In this document: in pieces, positions 37,568-48,627 of the stretch
Numbering within the stretch: position 1 is the stretch's first letter
Layout: each line of letters begins with the position of its first letter
Source of the DNA: a virus
Lineage: Duplodnaviria > Caudoviricetes
IMG/VR virus record: IMGVR_UViG_3300031867_000008
Location: 1 to 64,000 of that record
DNA: 64,000 nucleotides
Direction: 5' to 3' (one strand)
Position numbers and translations under genes: made by a program
The notes under the pieces: model-generated
What the model was told of the DNA's origin: nothing
Databases searched by the model: none
What the model saw: only the letters and a program-made list of their open reading frames with translations

Positions 37568-38149
37568 GTGGCTAATACAACATATAAAGAATTATGCGAT
37601 TCTGTTTATTCTAAAATCAAAGACTATGACTTCATAGAAATGACGGAAGAAGAAGCAGATGAAATTATCATTGATTATTTGCGACCAGCGATTGTCGCCT
37701 TTGAAGATTGTTCGCAGGATTTGTCTGACCGTGATCCTGTGAACAAAACTTTTAATATTGAATTGGACGATGTAAATTTTGAAATTCTAACACATTTTAT
37801 GGTGGTTTATTATCTTGATGCTACATATATTAAAACTCCGCTTGCGTTATCTGCTCACATGAGTACAAAAGATTTTCATAAATATGATAATGCTAATGTA
37901 CTGCCTAAAGCACAAGCTGTGAGAGAAATGTATTGGAAAGAAGCGCATCAGCTAATGATAAATTATTCCATTCGCCGTGGAGATTTACTGTCAAATACCT
38001 ACGAGGAACTTGGTGGTTACGGTTATACCGCTAATAAATATGCTAAAATGATAGGTCATCCAATAGGTTGTTGCTGTGGTTGTTGTTATCCTAAACATAC
38101 CAAACTGCGTTGGAAACCGCCTATTTGCGGTCAAGTTCATGGAGTGTGA
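37568..38149 (+). CDS. head-tail adaptor protein
   Basis: T-x-Y-x-x-x-x-D...KI-x-DY start, synteny; Cys-rich tail. Confidence 0.65.
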   Translation: MANTTYKELCDSVYSKIKDYDFIEMTEEEADEIIIDYLRPAIVAFEDCSQDLSDRDPVNKTFNIELDDVNFEILTHFMVVYYLDATYIKTPLALSAHMSTKDFHKYDNANVLPKAQAVREMYWKEAHQLMINYSIRRGDLLSNTYEELGGYGYTANKYAKMIGHPIGCCCGCCYPKHTKLRWKPPICGQVHGV

Positions 38150-38154
38150 TTTCA

Positions 38155-39144
38155 ATGAGTTATGCACATATGAAGTCATATATGACAAGTAATGGATTGA
38201 CTATGCGACAGGCTAAGATTATAGATGGACAGCGTTTGATGGTCGATCAGTTAATGAAAGACCCTTCTTACAAAGATACGTTTGTTCAATGGCGTTTTGG
38301 TGTTCCTGTTGAAGAACTTGAAACGATACCTATTAAAACTTTTGATGAAAAGTTAAGCAACAATTATGGTATTACGTTATCATTTAATGCTCTGTATGAT
38401 TTTCCTATTGTAATAGGTGATATGCTTTACAATACAAAAGAAAATACATATTGGCTTTGCGTAGAATCATATAACAGAGATGATATAAATGGTGCAGGCA
38501 AGTTGACAAGGTGTAACCAATTCTTAAAATGGCAGGATAAAAAAGGAAAGATTTACGAATATCCTGTTTATGACACCAATGCAACACAGTATAACTCTGG
38601 TGTCCAAAGCAATAATGTAATGACAGTCGGTTCAGCTCAACATTCAGTTTGGATAATGGCTGATGAAAATACGATCATACTTGACCATGATAAAAGGTTC
38701 TTCTTGGATAGAAACACAAAGAGTCCAACGGTTTATAAGCTAACACAGAATGACACTACTACATTCAGTTATGACAAGGGTTATCTCAAACTTATGATGA
38801 CTGAGCATCAATACAATCCTGAAACAGACTCTATTGAAAACTGGATATGCGATTATATCGAAGTCTCCGAAAATGATTTTGATATTCTTTTTGGCAGTAA
38901 ACCTACTTTACGGATAGGAGGAAAGAAAACATTTACTACGGATGTATCAGGCAATGTTACATGGAGTATATCAAATAATAATTTTGATAGTTCGGTATTA
39001 ACTATGGAAACTATTGGTAATCAAGTAACTATTTCTTGCAAATATGATGAACAGTTATTTGATAATTGTGAGTTTGTATTAAATGCTGTTAGTGATGGTG
39101 GACTAACCAGCAAAGTCAAAATTAAATTGGTGGGAGGTGTATGA
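38155..39144 (+). CDS. head closure/neck protein
   Basis: GD...YWL...CNQFLKW pattern; synteny. Confidence 0.6.
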   Translation: MSYAHMKSYMTSNGLTMRQAKIIDGQRLMVDQLMKDPSYKDTFVQWRFGVPVEELETIPIKTFDEKLSNNYGITLSFNALYDFPIVIGDMLYNTKENTYWLCVESYNRDDINGAGKLTRCNQFLKWQDKKGKIYEYPVYDTNATQYNSGVQSNNVMTVGSAQHSVWIMADENTIILDHDKRFFLDRNTKSPTVYKLTQNDTTTFSYDKGYLKLMMTEHQYNPETDSIENWICDYIEVSENDFDILFGSKPTLRIGGKKTFTTDVSGNVTWSISNNNFDSSVLTMETIGNQVTISCKYDEQLFDNCEFVLNAVSDGGLTSKVKIKLVGGV

Positions 39145-39685
39145 TATGGCAAACAATATCAATGAAGATTTAATAGAAGATTACAGAAATGTAATTACAA
39201 ATGAGATATTAAATAATGATATATTGGTTGATATACTTAGTCATGGTACACTCACTACTGATGATTCAGATGAATTAGTGTGGAAAAATGTATTCCCACA
39301 AGAGTTCAACCCTGAGACTATTACACAAACTGACAGTTATATTTTTTATGATCTGAATGAAACTACATCAAGTCAAGTTGGAAGAAATGGTACAGGCTAT
39401 GTCACTTTGACACTATTTTTTTGGATATTGACTCACCGAGACATTGCGCGTTATGAAGGAAAAATCGACACTAGCAAAAATAGGTTGCGAAATGATATTA
39501 TTGTCAGAGAGTTGAAGAAAATGTTTGCACCTAAAAGCAATTTAGGAATCAGTAAAAACCGATTGCTTTATAATAATTTATTTACGCAAACCAACTATAA
39601 ATATACTGGCAGATTGTTGGCATTCAAAATTACCGACTTTGCTGATAAGATCAGATATACGAATGGTGGTATGGAATGGCAATAA
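39137..39685 (+). CDS. tail terminator-like protein
   Basis: Synteny and size. Confidence 0.55.
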   Translation: MYDMANNINEDLIEDYRNVITNEILNNDILVDILSHGTLTTDDSDELVWKNVFPQEFNPETITQTDSYIFYDLNETTSSQVGRNGTGYVTLTLFFWILTHRDIARYEGKIDTSKNRLRNDIIVRELKKMFAPKSNLGISKNRLLYNNLFTQTNYKYTGRLLAFKITDFADKIRYTNGGMEWQ

Positions 39686-40428
39686 GTTTATTAAACAAAA
39701 CAGAGTATAAAATCAATGACAAGGTTACTGCTCTTATACCAACTCTCGGAGAGTATCGAAGTGACAAATTAAGGCGAGACTATGATGATTTGATAAGTTT
39801 ATTTTTGTCAACACCATCATCTTACATGGTTGAACTGTATGATATGGGGAGAGATTTCAGACAAATTAAAGAGTATAACTTTTTCATTGAATTGTTCTAT
39901 GGAAAGTATAAGTATAATGTCGAAAATGATAAACTGCCTGATAGTACAATTTTGCTAAAAGGGTTAGACTTGAATACGTTGGAAATACAAGAAACCGAAA
40001 ATGGCAACTTGGTCTTAGTTGATTCAAAGGGTGAAGTCATAATTGATGAATACGCATATATACAAATTGGACTGTTGTTATGTGAAATATTAAATACTAA
40101 GAAATATAAACGTAAGCCTGCCAATGATACAGCTTATGAATATTTTATAGAATTGGAAAAGGAACATAGGTTAAACGCAAAACGCAGAAAACGTCAAAGC
40201 GATAATGAATTTGATGAACTTATTATTGCGCTTGTGTGCGATGAGGGTTTCCCATATGATTTTGAAACAATAAATCAATTAACAATATATGACTTTTACT
40301 GTTGTGTGCAGCAAGTCGTAAAAAGAGTTAATTATCATAATTTAATGAGAGGTGTTTATTCTGGTTTTGGAACAGTTGACATTAAGAAGATAAAGAAATC
40401 AGAATTAAACTTTTTATCATTTAGATAA
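39676..40428 (+). CDS. tail assembly protein
   Basis: LTIYDF...GVYSG...D-x-KKI C-terminal motif; synteny. Confidence 0.55.
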   Translation: MAISLLNKTEYKINDKVTALIPTLGEYRSDKLRRDYDDLISLFLSTPSSYMVELYDMGRDFRQIKEYNFFIELFYGKYKYNVENDKLPDSTILLKGLDLNTLEIQETENGNLVLVDSKGEVIIDEYAYIQIGLLLCEILNTKKYKRKPANDTAYEYFIELEKEHRLNAKRRKRQSDNEFDELIIALVCDEGFPYDFETINQLTIYDFYCCVQQVVKRVNYHNLMRGVYSGFGTVDIKKIKKSELNFLSFR

Positions 40429-40430
40429 GC

Positions 40431-40458
40431 AGGCACCGTGAAAGGTGTCTTTTATTTT
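40431..40458 (+). terminator. rho-independent terminator
   Basis: AGGCACC-GTGAAA-GGTGTCT-TTTATTTT. Confidence 0.65.
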
Positions 40459-40496
40459 TATACTTATAACTGAAAAAGGAAAGGAAGGAAAGAAAT

Positions 40497-41321
40497 ATGG
40501 CTGGATTATTTACTATTGATAATTTTACTATTACTTCTCTTGATAGGATTCACGCTTATAACAGAACTAACCGCAAGGGCGAGTTTCTTGTAACCGAACT
40601 GCAATCCACTACTATTTCCAACAGTGAAGATACTGTTGATATTACTGGTAAGGGTGGCAGACTGTTAAAACAGATCAAGAGAAATAAGGCAGTTTCGGTA
40701 ACTGGCGAGTCTGCCCTTATCTCTGGCGACCTTATGGCTGCACAGACTGGTTCTGAGCAGACTTACGGTCAGTACAATGTTCGTTTTCCTGACATCATAG
40801 ATGTTACGGCAAGCATTGTATCGTCTAAGAAAGTTACAACTTCGTTCACGGCTGTCGGTACTGCTGGTGCAGAGATCGTTGACGTAAGAATACTTTCGGA
40901 TAATGGTGGTCTTATTAAGAACGAGTTTACTCAGGACACTACTGCTGGAGAGAATAAGTATGCTTATGACCCTGCAACTAAGGAACTTACTTTGCCTACA
41001 AATATTGAACTTACTGCGGGTCAAAAACTTGTAGTAATGTACGATTATAAGGCAAATGGTGCAAGAGTTGTAAATGAGTCTGATGTATTTGGTAAGACTC
41101 TGTATCTTGTTATCGACTGCACTGGTGTTGATGCTTGTGATAACGAGTACAAGTGTCAGTTTATTATTTATAGGGCGCAGTTTAGTGGCGAGTTTGATAT
41201 TGAACTTGGCGGCGATCAAGTCATCCAGAACTTTACCGCAAATTCGCTCGTTGATACTTGTGCTGCTACACAAACCAATGGTCTTTGGGAGTTCCTTGTA
41301 TATAACGACGAAGTTGTGTAA
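40497..41321 (+). CDS. major tail tube protein
   Basis: High-expression codon usage, ITGKGG motif, synteny. Confidence 0.75.
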   Translation: MAGLFTIDNFTITSLDRIHAYNRTNRKGEFLVTELQSTTISNSEDTVDITGKGGRLLKQIKRNKAVSVTGESALISGDLMAAQTGSEQTYGQYNVRFPDIIDVTASIVSSKKVTTSFTAVGTAGAEIVDVRILSDNGGLIKNEFTQDTTAGENKYAYDPATKELTLPTNIELTAGQKLVVMYDYKANGARVVNESDVFGKTLYLVIDCTGVDACDNEYKCQFIIYRAQFSGEFDIELGGDQVIQNFTANSLVDTCAATQTNGLWEFLVYNDEVV

Positions 41322-41475
41322 TATAATATCTTTTGTATGGTTACATACTACAATAATAATGATACAGGTGAGGGGTTGGAAACGACCCCTCAATTTGTGT
41401 CATTTATCCAGTTAATTTTTTTAAATGTTGGTTGGATAAATGACACAAACTAGAATACGCGAAAGGAATGATATA

Positions 41476-41904
41476 ATGAGTCAAAAACAGATGAGGCACT
41501 GTTTGGTATGTGGTGCTGAATATGAAGGTTGTTCATTTTGTGACAACCAAAATGAATTTTTGGCATGGCGTTCAGTTGTATGCAAGCCTGAACACTTTGC
41601 TTATCATATACCGATAATAGCTTATGTTCGTAAGCAAATGAGCAAAGCAGAAGCTAAGACTGAATTGCTCAAAGCTGAAAAGGAATATGGCAAAATTAAA
41701 TATGCCGATAACATTAAAGATGTTGTCGCAGAAATCAAAGCCAATTCTAAGAAAAAAGTAAGTCCCCAATTGGATGAAATTGTTGTACTTCATGATGAGT
41801 TAAAATCTATACGAGGTAAAAGGGCTGAAACGTCAGTACTTGATGAAGCTGCTGAAATTACTGCTGACGAAATAAAAGGATTTTTAACAGATTCGGTTGA
41901 ATGA
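41476..41904 (+). CDS. zinc-finger hypothetical protein
   Basis: CLVCG-x-x-Y-x-x-C-x-x-C...W...C. Confidence 0.65.
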   Translation: MSQKQMRHCLVCGAEYEGCSFCDNQNEFLAWRSVVCKPEHFAYHIPIIAYVRKQMSKAEAKTELLKAEKEYGKIKYADNIKDVVAEIKANSKKKVSPQLDEIVVLHDELKSIRGKRAETSVLDEAAEITADEIKGFLTDSVE

Positions 41905-42017
41905 TTGCAACAATTTGAAAGGGGACACAAGATATAATAAGATTTTGTGTTCCCTATTTTTTACATAACACATGATAAAATTTTCGTTTTATAATTTTAG
42001 TAAAAACGAGGTATAAA

Positions 42018-42554
42018 ATGAAGAATAAAGGAAAAATTTTTGAGGAAGATTGGAAAAGTTCTGTACCTGAGTATTGTCTTAATATAAGACTTCCAGACCC
42101 ACCTCAATCATTTACTCAACGGAGCGATACAAGATTCTCGCATAAAAACCCTTGTGACTTTGTGATGTTTAGTTCTAAGCATAGATTGTTCTTTCCGACA
42201 GAATTAAAAAGTACCAAACATAAAAGTATGTCTGTACAACTTACTAAAGAGGATAACCCTAACAGTATGATTAAATATCATCAAATCAAGGCTCTTACTG
42301 AGATGAGCAAATATGAATATGTTGAAGCTGGCTTTGTTCTGAATTTCAGAAATGAAGAAGAAAATAGTCAGATTACATACTGGCAGTCTATTGGCAACTT
42401 TAATAAAATGATGAAAGAAGTCAATAAGAAAAGTTTTAATGAAATTGATCTTCTTATGTATGGAGCAATAAATGTGATAGGACAGAAAAAAATAACTCAT
42501 TACACATGGAATGTGGACGAGCTTCTTGATACGATAAATAAATCTTATGAATAA
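42018..42554 (+). CDS. recU: RecU-like Holliday junction resolvase
   Basis: NKGKIFEED, PCDF, ELKST, HQIKAL. Confidence 0.8.
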   Translation: MKNKGKIFEEDWKSSVPEYCLNIRLPDPPQSFTQRSDTRFSHKNPCDFVMFSSKHRLFFPTELKSTKHKSMSVQLTKEDNPNSMIKYHQIKALTEMSKYEYVEAGFVLNFRNEEENSQITYWQSIGNFNKMMKEVNKKSFNEIDLLMYGAINVIGQKKITHYTWNVDELLDTINKSYE

Positions 42555-42575
42555 TTTTAATGGAGGAAATTGATT

Positions 42576-43190
42576 ATGGCAAACATTAAGAAAATTGATT
42601 GGTCTTTTGTAGATTATCTTACTTTTATAAATGCGGTTGTTAATGAAACTATAAAAAATGGGGTCGAATACAAACAATTCTATATCACTCTTACGGCTGC
42701 AAGTATGTTTTACAGTTATGAACCCGAAGTGGATGAAAATGGAAGTTTCAATATTAACGATGTATGGAACGATCTTCATGATTTTAAAGATATAAAAACT
42801 GAGGATAATATTAAAGTTTTTCCCGGTGGTTTAGATTTATATAAATTGTTTAGAAACACTATATTTCTTTCAAGCGAACAGATAAATGTTCTTGGTGCAA
42901 TACTTCCAATTGATATATCTATTTTTGAAGAAATGCTCGATGTAATAGATGAAAAAATAGAAATGTATAAAAACAAAGATGAAATCAAAGAGTCTGTTAC
43001 AAGGTTGATAAATTCTATTGCTGAGTTTGTTGATAATACCAAAGATACTTTTGAGGGTGTAGACCTTAAAGAAATTACGAATAAGATGGACACATTTTCT
43101 AAGACGATGAAAGAAAATGATTTTGGCGTAGTTGCGAATGAACTTGCGACAATTGTTCACAACGAAAATAAGACAAACGAAAAGGTGTGA
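42576..43190 (+). CDS. hypothetical protein (possible tail chaperone)
   Basis: GGAGG RBS; upstream of tape measure. Confidence 0.6.
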   Translation: MANIKKIDWSFVDYLTFINAVVNETIKNGVEYKQFYITLTAASMFYSYEPEVDENGSFNINDVWNDLHDFKDIKTEDNIKVFPGGLDLYKLFRNTIFLSSEQINVLGAILPIDISIFEEMLDVIDEKIEMYKNKDEIKESVTRLINSIAEFVDNTKDTFEGVDLKEITNKMDTFSKTMKENDFGVVANELATIVHNENKTNEKV

Positions 43191-43471
43191 TGGCAATGTG
43201 TTCCGTAGAAAATGCTATTATAAAAGGCAGAATAAATAGTCGCACAGTTCATTTGCTCGTTTATTATCTTCAAGGTTTTTGCAGCCAAATCTATTTTTCA
43301 AATCGAGGTCGAACGGTTAATGCAAAATCTATTCTTGGCATTTTGTCATTAGGACTTGTGTCGGGTGACGAAGTACAAATATCAATTGTTAATGATGATG
43401 TTGATACAGCAAACGAAGAATTAAAAAAGATCATTGGATATTTGCAAAGGATGGGTGAAACAAATGAGTAG
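43190..43471 (+). CDS. HPr/Crh-like phosphocarrier homolog lacking His15
   Basis: VNAKSILGILSLGL Ser46 signature; GLHARP replaced by RINSRT. Confidence 0.8.
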   Translation: MAMCSVENAIIKGRINSRTVHLLVYYLQGFCSQIYFSNRGRTVNAKSILGILSLGLVSGDEVQISIVNDDVDTANEELKKIIGYLQRMGETNE

Positions 43472-44156
43472 AAATCCAAATAGAAATCGTCATGCAAAGA
43501 ATAGCAAACTCATCAGAGCCAAAGATAATATTGACAGAGCTTTAGCAGAAATGCAATTGCATGGCGGTGTTTCACAGGTATACGAGACTTTAAATATGGA
43601 TTCATTTGATACAATATCTAAAGATAAACATTTTAATTCAATAGAGGAAGTAATTAAAGATATAAAAAAGCGTATGCACTTTGGTGTTTATTGGTCTACT
43701 CAAATCATCTTTACAGTTGCAGAAGTAGCGACTGAAAATTGGTATCGTGACTATGACCCTGAGAAATATAGAAGAACTGATTTGTTATATGATAACTTAG
43801 TGGTTTGGAACTCAGGTTCTTATGTTTCTGGCTATCATGGACAAGTTAGTGTCAATCCCGAATATTTAAGCTATGTTTATCCCAACAGTGATAATACTGG
43901 TAGAATGGTGTTACAATATGCAGAACAGGGGCTTCATGGTGCTGGCTATTCAAGACAAGGTAAAGAGGGTGTTGGCATATGGGGAGAGCTTGTCAATTTT
44001 TTGATAAATGATTCTTGGGGAGAAGCTGGTTCAACTGGAATAGGTAGTCTGACTGATGCCAAATATGGCGATTCCCTTTTAATTGATTCTGCTTTTGAAG
44101 CTGGAATGTACGTTGGAGAAAAGCCTGAGAAGAATTGGCGCAACAACAAAGTGTAA
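43464..44156 (+). CDS. hypothetical tail-completion-like protein
   Basis: Y-x-P-x-x-Y-x-RT motif; precedes tape measure. Confidence 0.55.
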   Translation: MSRNPNRNRHAKNSKLIRAKDNIDRALAEMQLHGGVSQVYETLNMDSFDTISKDKHFNSIEEVIKDIKKRMHFGVYWSTQIIFTVAEVATENWYRDYDPEKYRRTDLLYDNLVVWNSGSYVSGYHGQVSVNPEYLSYVYPNSDNTGRMVLQYAEQGLHGAGYSRQGKEGVGIWGELVNFLINDSWGEAGSTGIGSLTDAKYGDSLLIDSAFEAGMYVGEKPEKNWRNNKV

Positions 44157-44197
44157 AATAATGTTTTATAAGTGGCATTAAAGGGTGGTGATAATGT

Positions 44198-47100
44198 ATG
44201 AATTATATTATTGATGTAAAAGCGCAATTGTTAAATAATGGTGGTAATTTAAAAACTCAATATATGGCGGTCAAAAAGGATATTGAACGTCAAGTAATAA
44301 ATGTCAAGGCTGTATTAGACCCGAACGAGTTGTCTTTGAAAGCTATTCAAAAGCAATTGAACGATCAGAAATTGACTTTGAATATTGCGAACGTTGAGTT
44401 TAATCAGAGTGCGACAAGATCTTCAATAGACAAAACTGCATCGACTATATCCAACCAATTGTCAAAAGCCATGTCAACGATGAATGTTACTGGCTTTAAT
44501 AAAGGAAATTATTCAAGTTTGTTAAGGCAAATGGGTTTGGATGATGATTCTATTAAAAAAGCCACTGAGAGCGTTCAAAAACTTGGAATCACAATAACCA
44601 AAATATCGGGAACAGATTATGGTACAGATGCTAAAGGTAACAATACAATATCTGCGATAATACAAGGCGAAGATAAATTAGGTAGAGTTGTCACTCTAAG
44701 TCAAAAAATAAAAGTGGCAATGGATGAAAGCGGAAATGAGCTAATTGATTTTTCAAATAAGGTAATAAATGTTACTGACAACATTAAACAGCAAGCACAA
44801 GCACAAGAAAGGGCAAACAAGGCTTATGTTCGGCAAAAGAAGTTAATTGATGATGCTGCGGCTTCTGCAAAAGAAATGTGGGCTGCTCAGAACAGAAACA
44901 ACCCTATTAAAGATGTAACTAATAATTCTTTACCGATCAATGGAGTTTCTTCTTTATCCGCTGATTATGATAAGATAACACCTAAAACCAAAGAATTTGT
45001 TGAAGCTTATAACGAATGGGTCAAAATTATTCGTACAGCAAATGATGAACTCAAAACGCAAGGTAAAATTAGCTCAGAAACGGAACTTGCTCTTAGAAGT
45101 GCCGAAAAAGCGGCTATCACTCTTAGTCGAGATGTTACTAAGGAACGTTCTACACAAACCGATTTTAGAAGTAAAGATGTTTCTGCCGAGGTTGAAAAGG
45201 CTAAGACTCAACTTGTCACCTTTGAAAGAGAATTAGAACAAGTTGGAATGACATTAGATGACCTTAGAAATAAGAATGGACAAACATTAAGGGAAGTTCT
45301 TAACAATGTTTCTGATTCTAATAGTTTTTCTGAATACTTAAATCAGCTTGGCATTGCAAAGGCAAAACTTGAAGATGTAAAAAAGGAACAGCAATACTTA
45401 GCTAATCAAAAAGTTTTAGACACTAACTTTACAAACACAAGCGTTGAACTTGACAATCTTGTGAAAAAAATAAAAGAGTTGGATATAGATGAATCCAAAC
45501 TCACTTATTCTACTAAAGATTTGTATGAATCGTTCGACAGTATATCTGATACCAAAGGTTTGCAGGCGTTGAAGTCGATGATTTCTCAGACTACAAAAGA
45601 AGTCAACGAACAACAAAAAGCGTTTGAGGTCGAAAAGGCTAAAATCGGAGAACTTGTTAAGCTTCAAGAACAGATCACTTCTCAGCAAACTAAAATAGCT
45701 AATGCTGAATTGTCAGGCAAAAATCATAATGACATTGACATTATGAAGAATAAGCTTGAAGAATTGGAAGTAACTTATGAAAAGTTAGTTACTGAATTTG
45801 TAAGTAACCCTCTGTTTCTCAAATTAACAACTTCTGATTTAGAACCCTTGAATAATGCCAGTGGTAATAACGAATATGTAAACAACATTCTTAATGCTAA
45901 AAAGCTAGAAGAAGCATGGTATCAAGAATTATTATCAAAACGGAAAGAAATCAATTCCGAAGTACTTGAAGAACTTCGGTTAATGACGAACATTTCCCTA
46001 TACGACAAAGAAGAAGTACAACGTTTATCTGGTAGTATAATTCCTAAGCTTGTTGAGGAAGAAAGAGTTCTCCAAGAAATAGCAAAGAGTGAATTAACTG
46101 AAACTCAGTTTAAAGAAGTTGAGAATAGACTGCATAAAGATACTTTGGAGATGCTTAAAAAAAGACTTGGGTTAATGGATTCTATTCAAAAAACTCAGGC
46201 AAAAGAAGCAGATTCGATGCTTTCCGATGTTAATAAGAATACCAATAAAGCATCTAATTCATTAACAAATACTAAAGATATTGAGATTTTATCTTCTGAA
46301 TATTCTAAGCTTGTTGAGATCATAAAAAAATTTAAAAGCGAAGAAGATTTCTCTTTACTTGTTCCAAACCAAAGAGAAGCAACCGCAGCAATAGAAAATT
46401 ATAAAAATTTGATTTCAACTCTTTTAAACGCTGAAAGCAAATTTAAATCTGTTGGAAACAGTTTAGAACAGTTGGACAAACAAACTTCTGGCGGTGTGTT
46501 CTCAGCTAATTCTACCGATAAAGGTGTTATTGCTTTAAATGAAAAAATAGAAATATTGAAGAATAACTATCAAGGTTTAATGGCTGAGTTTAATGACGTT
46601 GGTGCAACAAATGAGGTTATTCAAGGATTTGACAATCTTGCAAAAGAGATTGATTCTACTTCACAAAAAGCGAATGAATTAAATAAAACTTTCAGAAGTA
46701 CCAGAACTGAAACAACTTTAATTAGTCAAAAACAATCCCTTAACAAAAGCATTGAAACTTGGTTAAAGAATAACACTAAGGCTTCGGAAGCTATGAAACA
46801 ATCCATGAAAGCCTTGCAAGTTCAAATCGAGTCTGCTGATAATCAAGGTTTAAAAAATCTGAGAAATGAGTTTAAGAGACTTAAAGATGTTGCTGATGCC
46901 ACGGGTCAGACTGGTATGAAGGCACTTGATAATTTTAAAGAAAAAATCGGAAAGTTTTCAAGTTGGTTTGGCGTATCTCAACTTATTATGGGAGCAGTCA
47001 ATGATACCAAAGAAGCTATCGTGACCCTTAAAGAAGTTGATTCAATACTGACTGAGATAAGCAAGACCTCAGATATGTCTGAGGAATCGTTGAAACGATT

Positions 47101-47647
47101 GGGAACTACCGCTTTTGAATCAGCTAATCAATATGGTGTTACTGTTCAATCTTTTTTAACTGGTGTACAAGAAATGTCAAGAGCTGGTTATCAAGATGCG
47201 GAAGGAATGGCTAATCTGTCTATTCTTGCACAAGCAGCAGGAGATATGACCGAAGAAGTTGCTGACAAATACTTGATCGCTACTGATGCAGCCTATAAGT
47301 TTAATGGCAGTATTGATGATTTAGGTAAAGTTCTCGGGGGACAGAACCAAATCACAAACCGATACGCAATTTCAATGACTGACATGGCTTCTGCTACACA
47401 AGAAGCTGCGAGTATGGCTGCTAATTATGGTGTGTCTATTGAACAATTATCAGCACTTATAACAACTGCTGTAGCTTCAACAAGACAAAGTGGTTCGGAA
47501 GTTGGTAATGCTCTTTCGACATTATTTGTAAACCTTTCTGATACAACAAACAAAGAAAGAATGAAAGCATTTGATACATTAGGTGTATCAGTTTACAAGT
47601 TCGTTGATGGTGCGCAAAAGCTGAAAACACCAATTGAATTACTCGAT
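44198..47647 (+). CDS. tail tape measure protein, exon 1 (1150 aa)
   Basis: Coiled-coil; TMP core motifs EMSRAG, AYK, RQSGSEVGNAL; breaks at TPIELLD. Confidence 0.9.
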
Positions 47648-48173
47648 TAGAATTTCGGCGCATACTCGTGACTTTAGTCGTGAGTTAGCCGAAACAATAG
47701 TTAGTGTATAGAGAAATCTGTACATAGTGGCGAGAAATCGTCCAATAAAGAAACTTAATTGCTGGAATACCGTAAAGCTATTTGTACTACAACGTAGCAC
47801 CGAAAAGGTACAAGCGTGAACGTTGCGAAAGCAGAAAGAAACAAATAGATGGCATAAGGTTAAATCCTAAGTGCTTCTACAAGAAATTGGTAATCAGCAG
47901 CGAAGCTCCGAATAGGAGAACGTTCAACGACTATCCCTCCTGAGGGGAGTACAACCAAGCGGTTGGAAATGGTTTCGCCGTAATGGGTAATGCCAACGGA
48001 TAAGATATAGTCTGTGCTTTGCCGAAAGGTAAAGAAGTTCATAAGAGAACTGCATAGGAATAGCGAACCTATGTGAACGACAACCTCTAAAACGGTTAAA
48101 TCGTAGGGTGATAGATATTAACCTATTGCTTTACATATGTTAGAAAAAAATAATAATTTTTGAAGGAAATACC

Positions 48174-48202
48174 TTGACTTTCTGAAATACATATGTTATA
48201 AT
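48174..48202 (+). promoter_or_regulatory. internal promoter for tnpA-tnpB
   Basis: TTGACT-17 nt-TATAAT with TG extension. Confidence 0.7.
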
Positions 48203-48221
48203 ATATATAGAGGTGAAAACT

Positions 48222-48623
48222 ATGAAATTAACATATGGCAGAGGTTATGTATATTCAATTCAGTATCATATTGTTTGGTGTGTAAAATACCGAAGAAAAG
48301 TTCTTGTTGGAGATGTTGAAAAGTCATTATATGAATTACTTAATAAAATAGCAGAAGAAAATGACTTTCAAATTATAGAATGTAATGGAGAAGCAGACCA
48401 TATTCATTTGCTCATAGACTGCTCACCACAACATTATATTCCTGATATGTTAAAAGCATTAAAGGGAGTTTCAGCAAGGCTACTTATGAAGCAGTATGGT
48501 GATGAATTGAAGTCAAAATTATGGGGCGGTCATTTATGGAATCCGAGTTATTATATAGCAACGGTTTCCGAGAATACCGAATCTCAAATAAGACAATACA
48601 TACAAAATCAGAAAGAGAGGTGA
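48222..48623 (+). CDS. tnpA: IS200/IS605 Y1 transposase
   Basis: YHIVWCVKYRR, DHIH (HUH), LWNPSYY, QYIQNQ catalytic Tyr. Confidence 0.95.
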   Translation: MKLTYGRGYVYSIQYHIVWCVKYRRKVLVGDVEKSLYELLNKIAEENDFQIIECNGEADHIHLLIDCSPQHYIPDMLKALKGVSARLLMKQYGDELKSKLWGGHLWNPSYYIATVSENTESQIRQYIQNQKER

Positions 48624-48627
48624 TATT

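Noticed and set aside
40665-41393. 242-aa minus-strand ORF and similar antisense ORFs over structural genes
   Set aside because: Shadows of highly biased plus-strand genes
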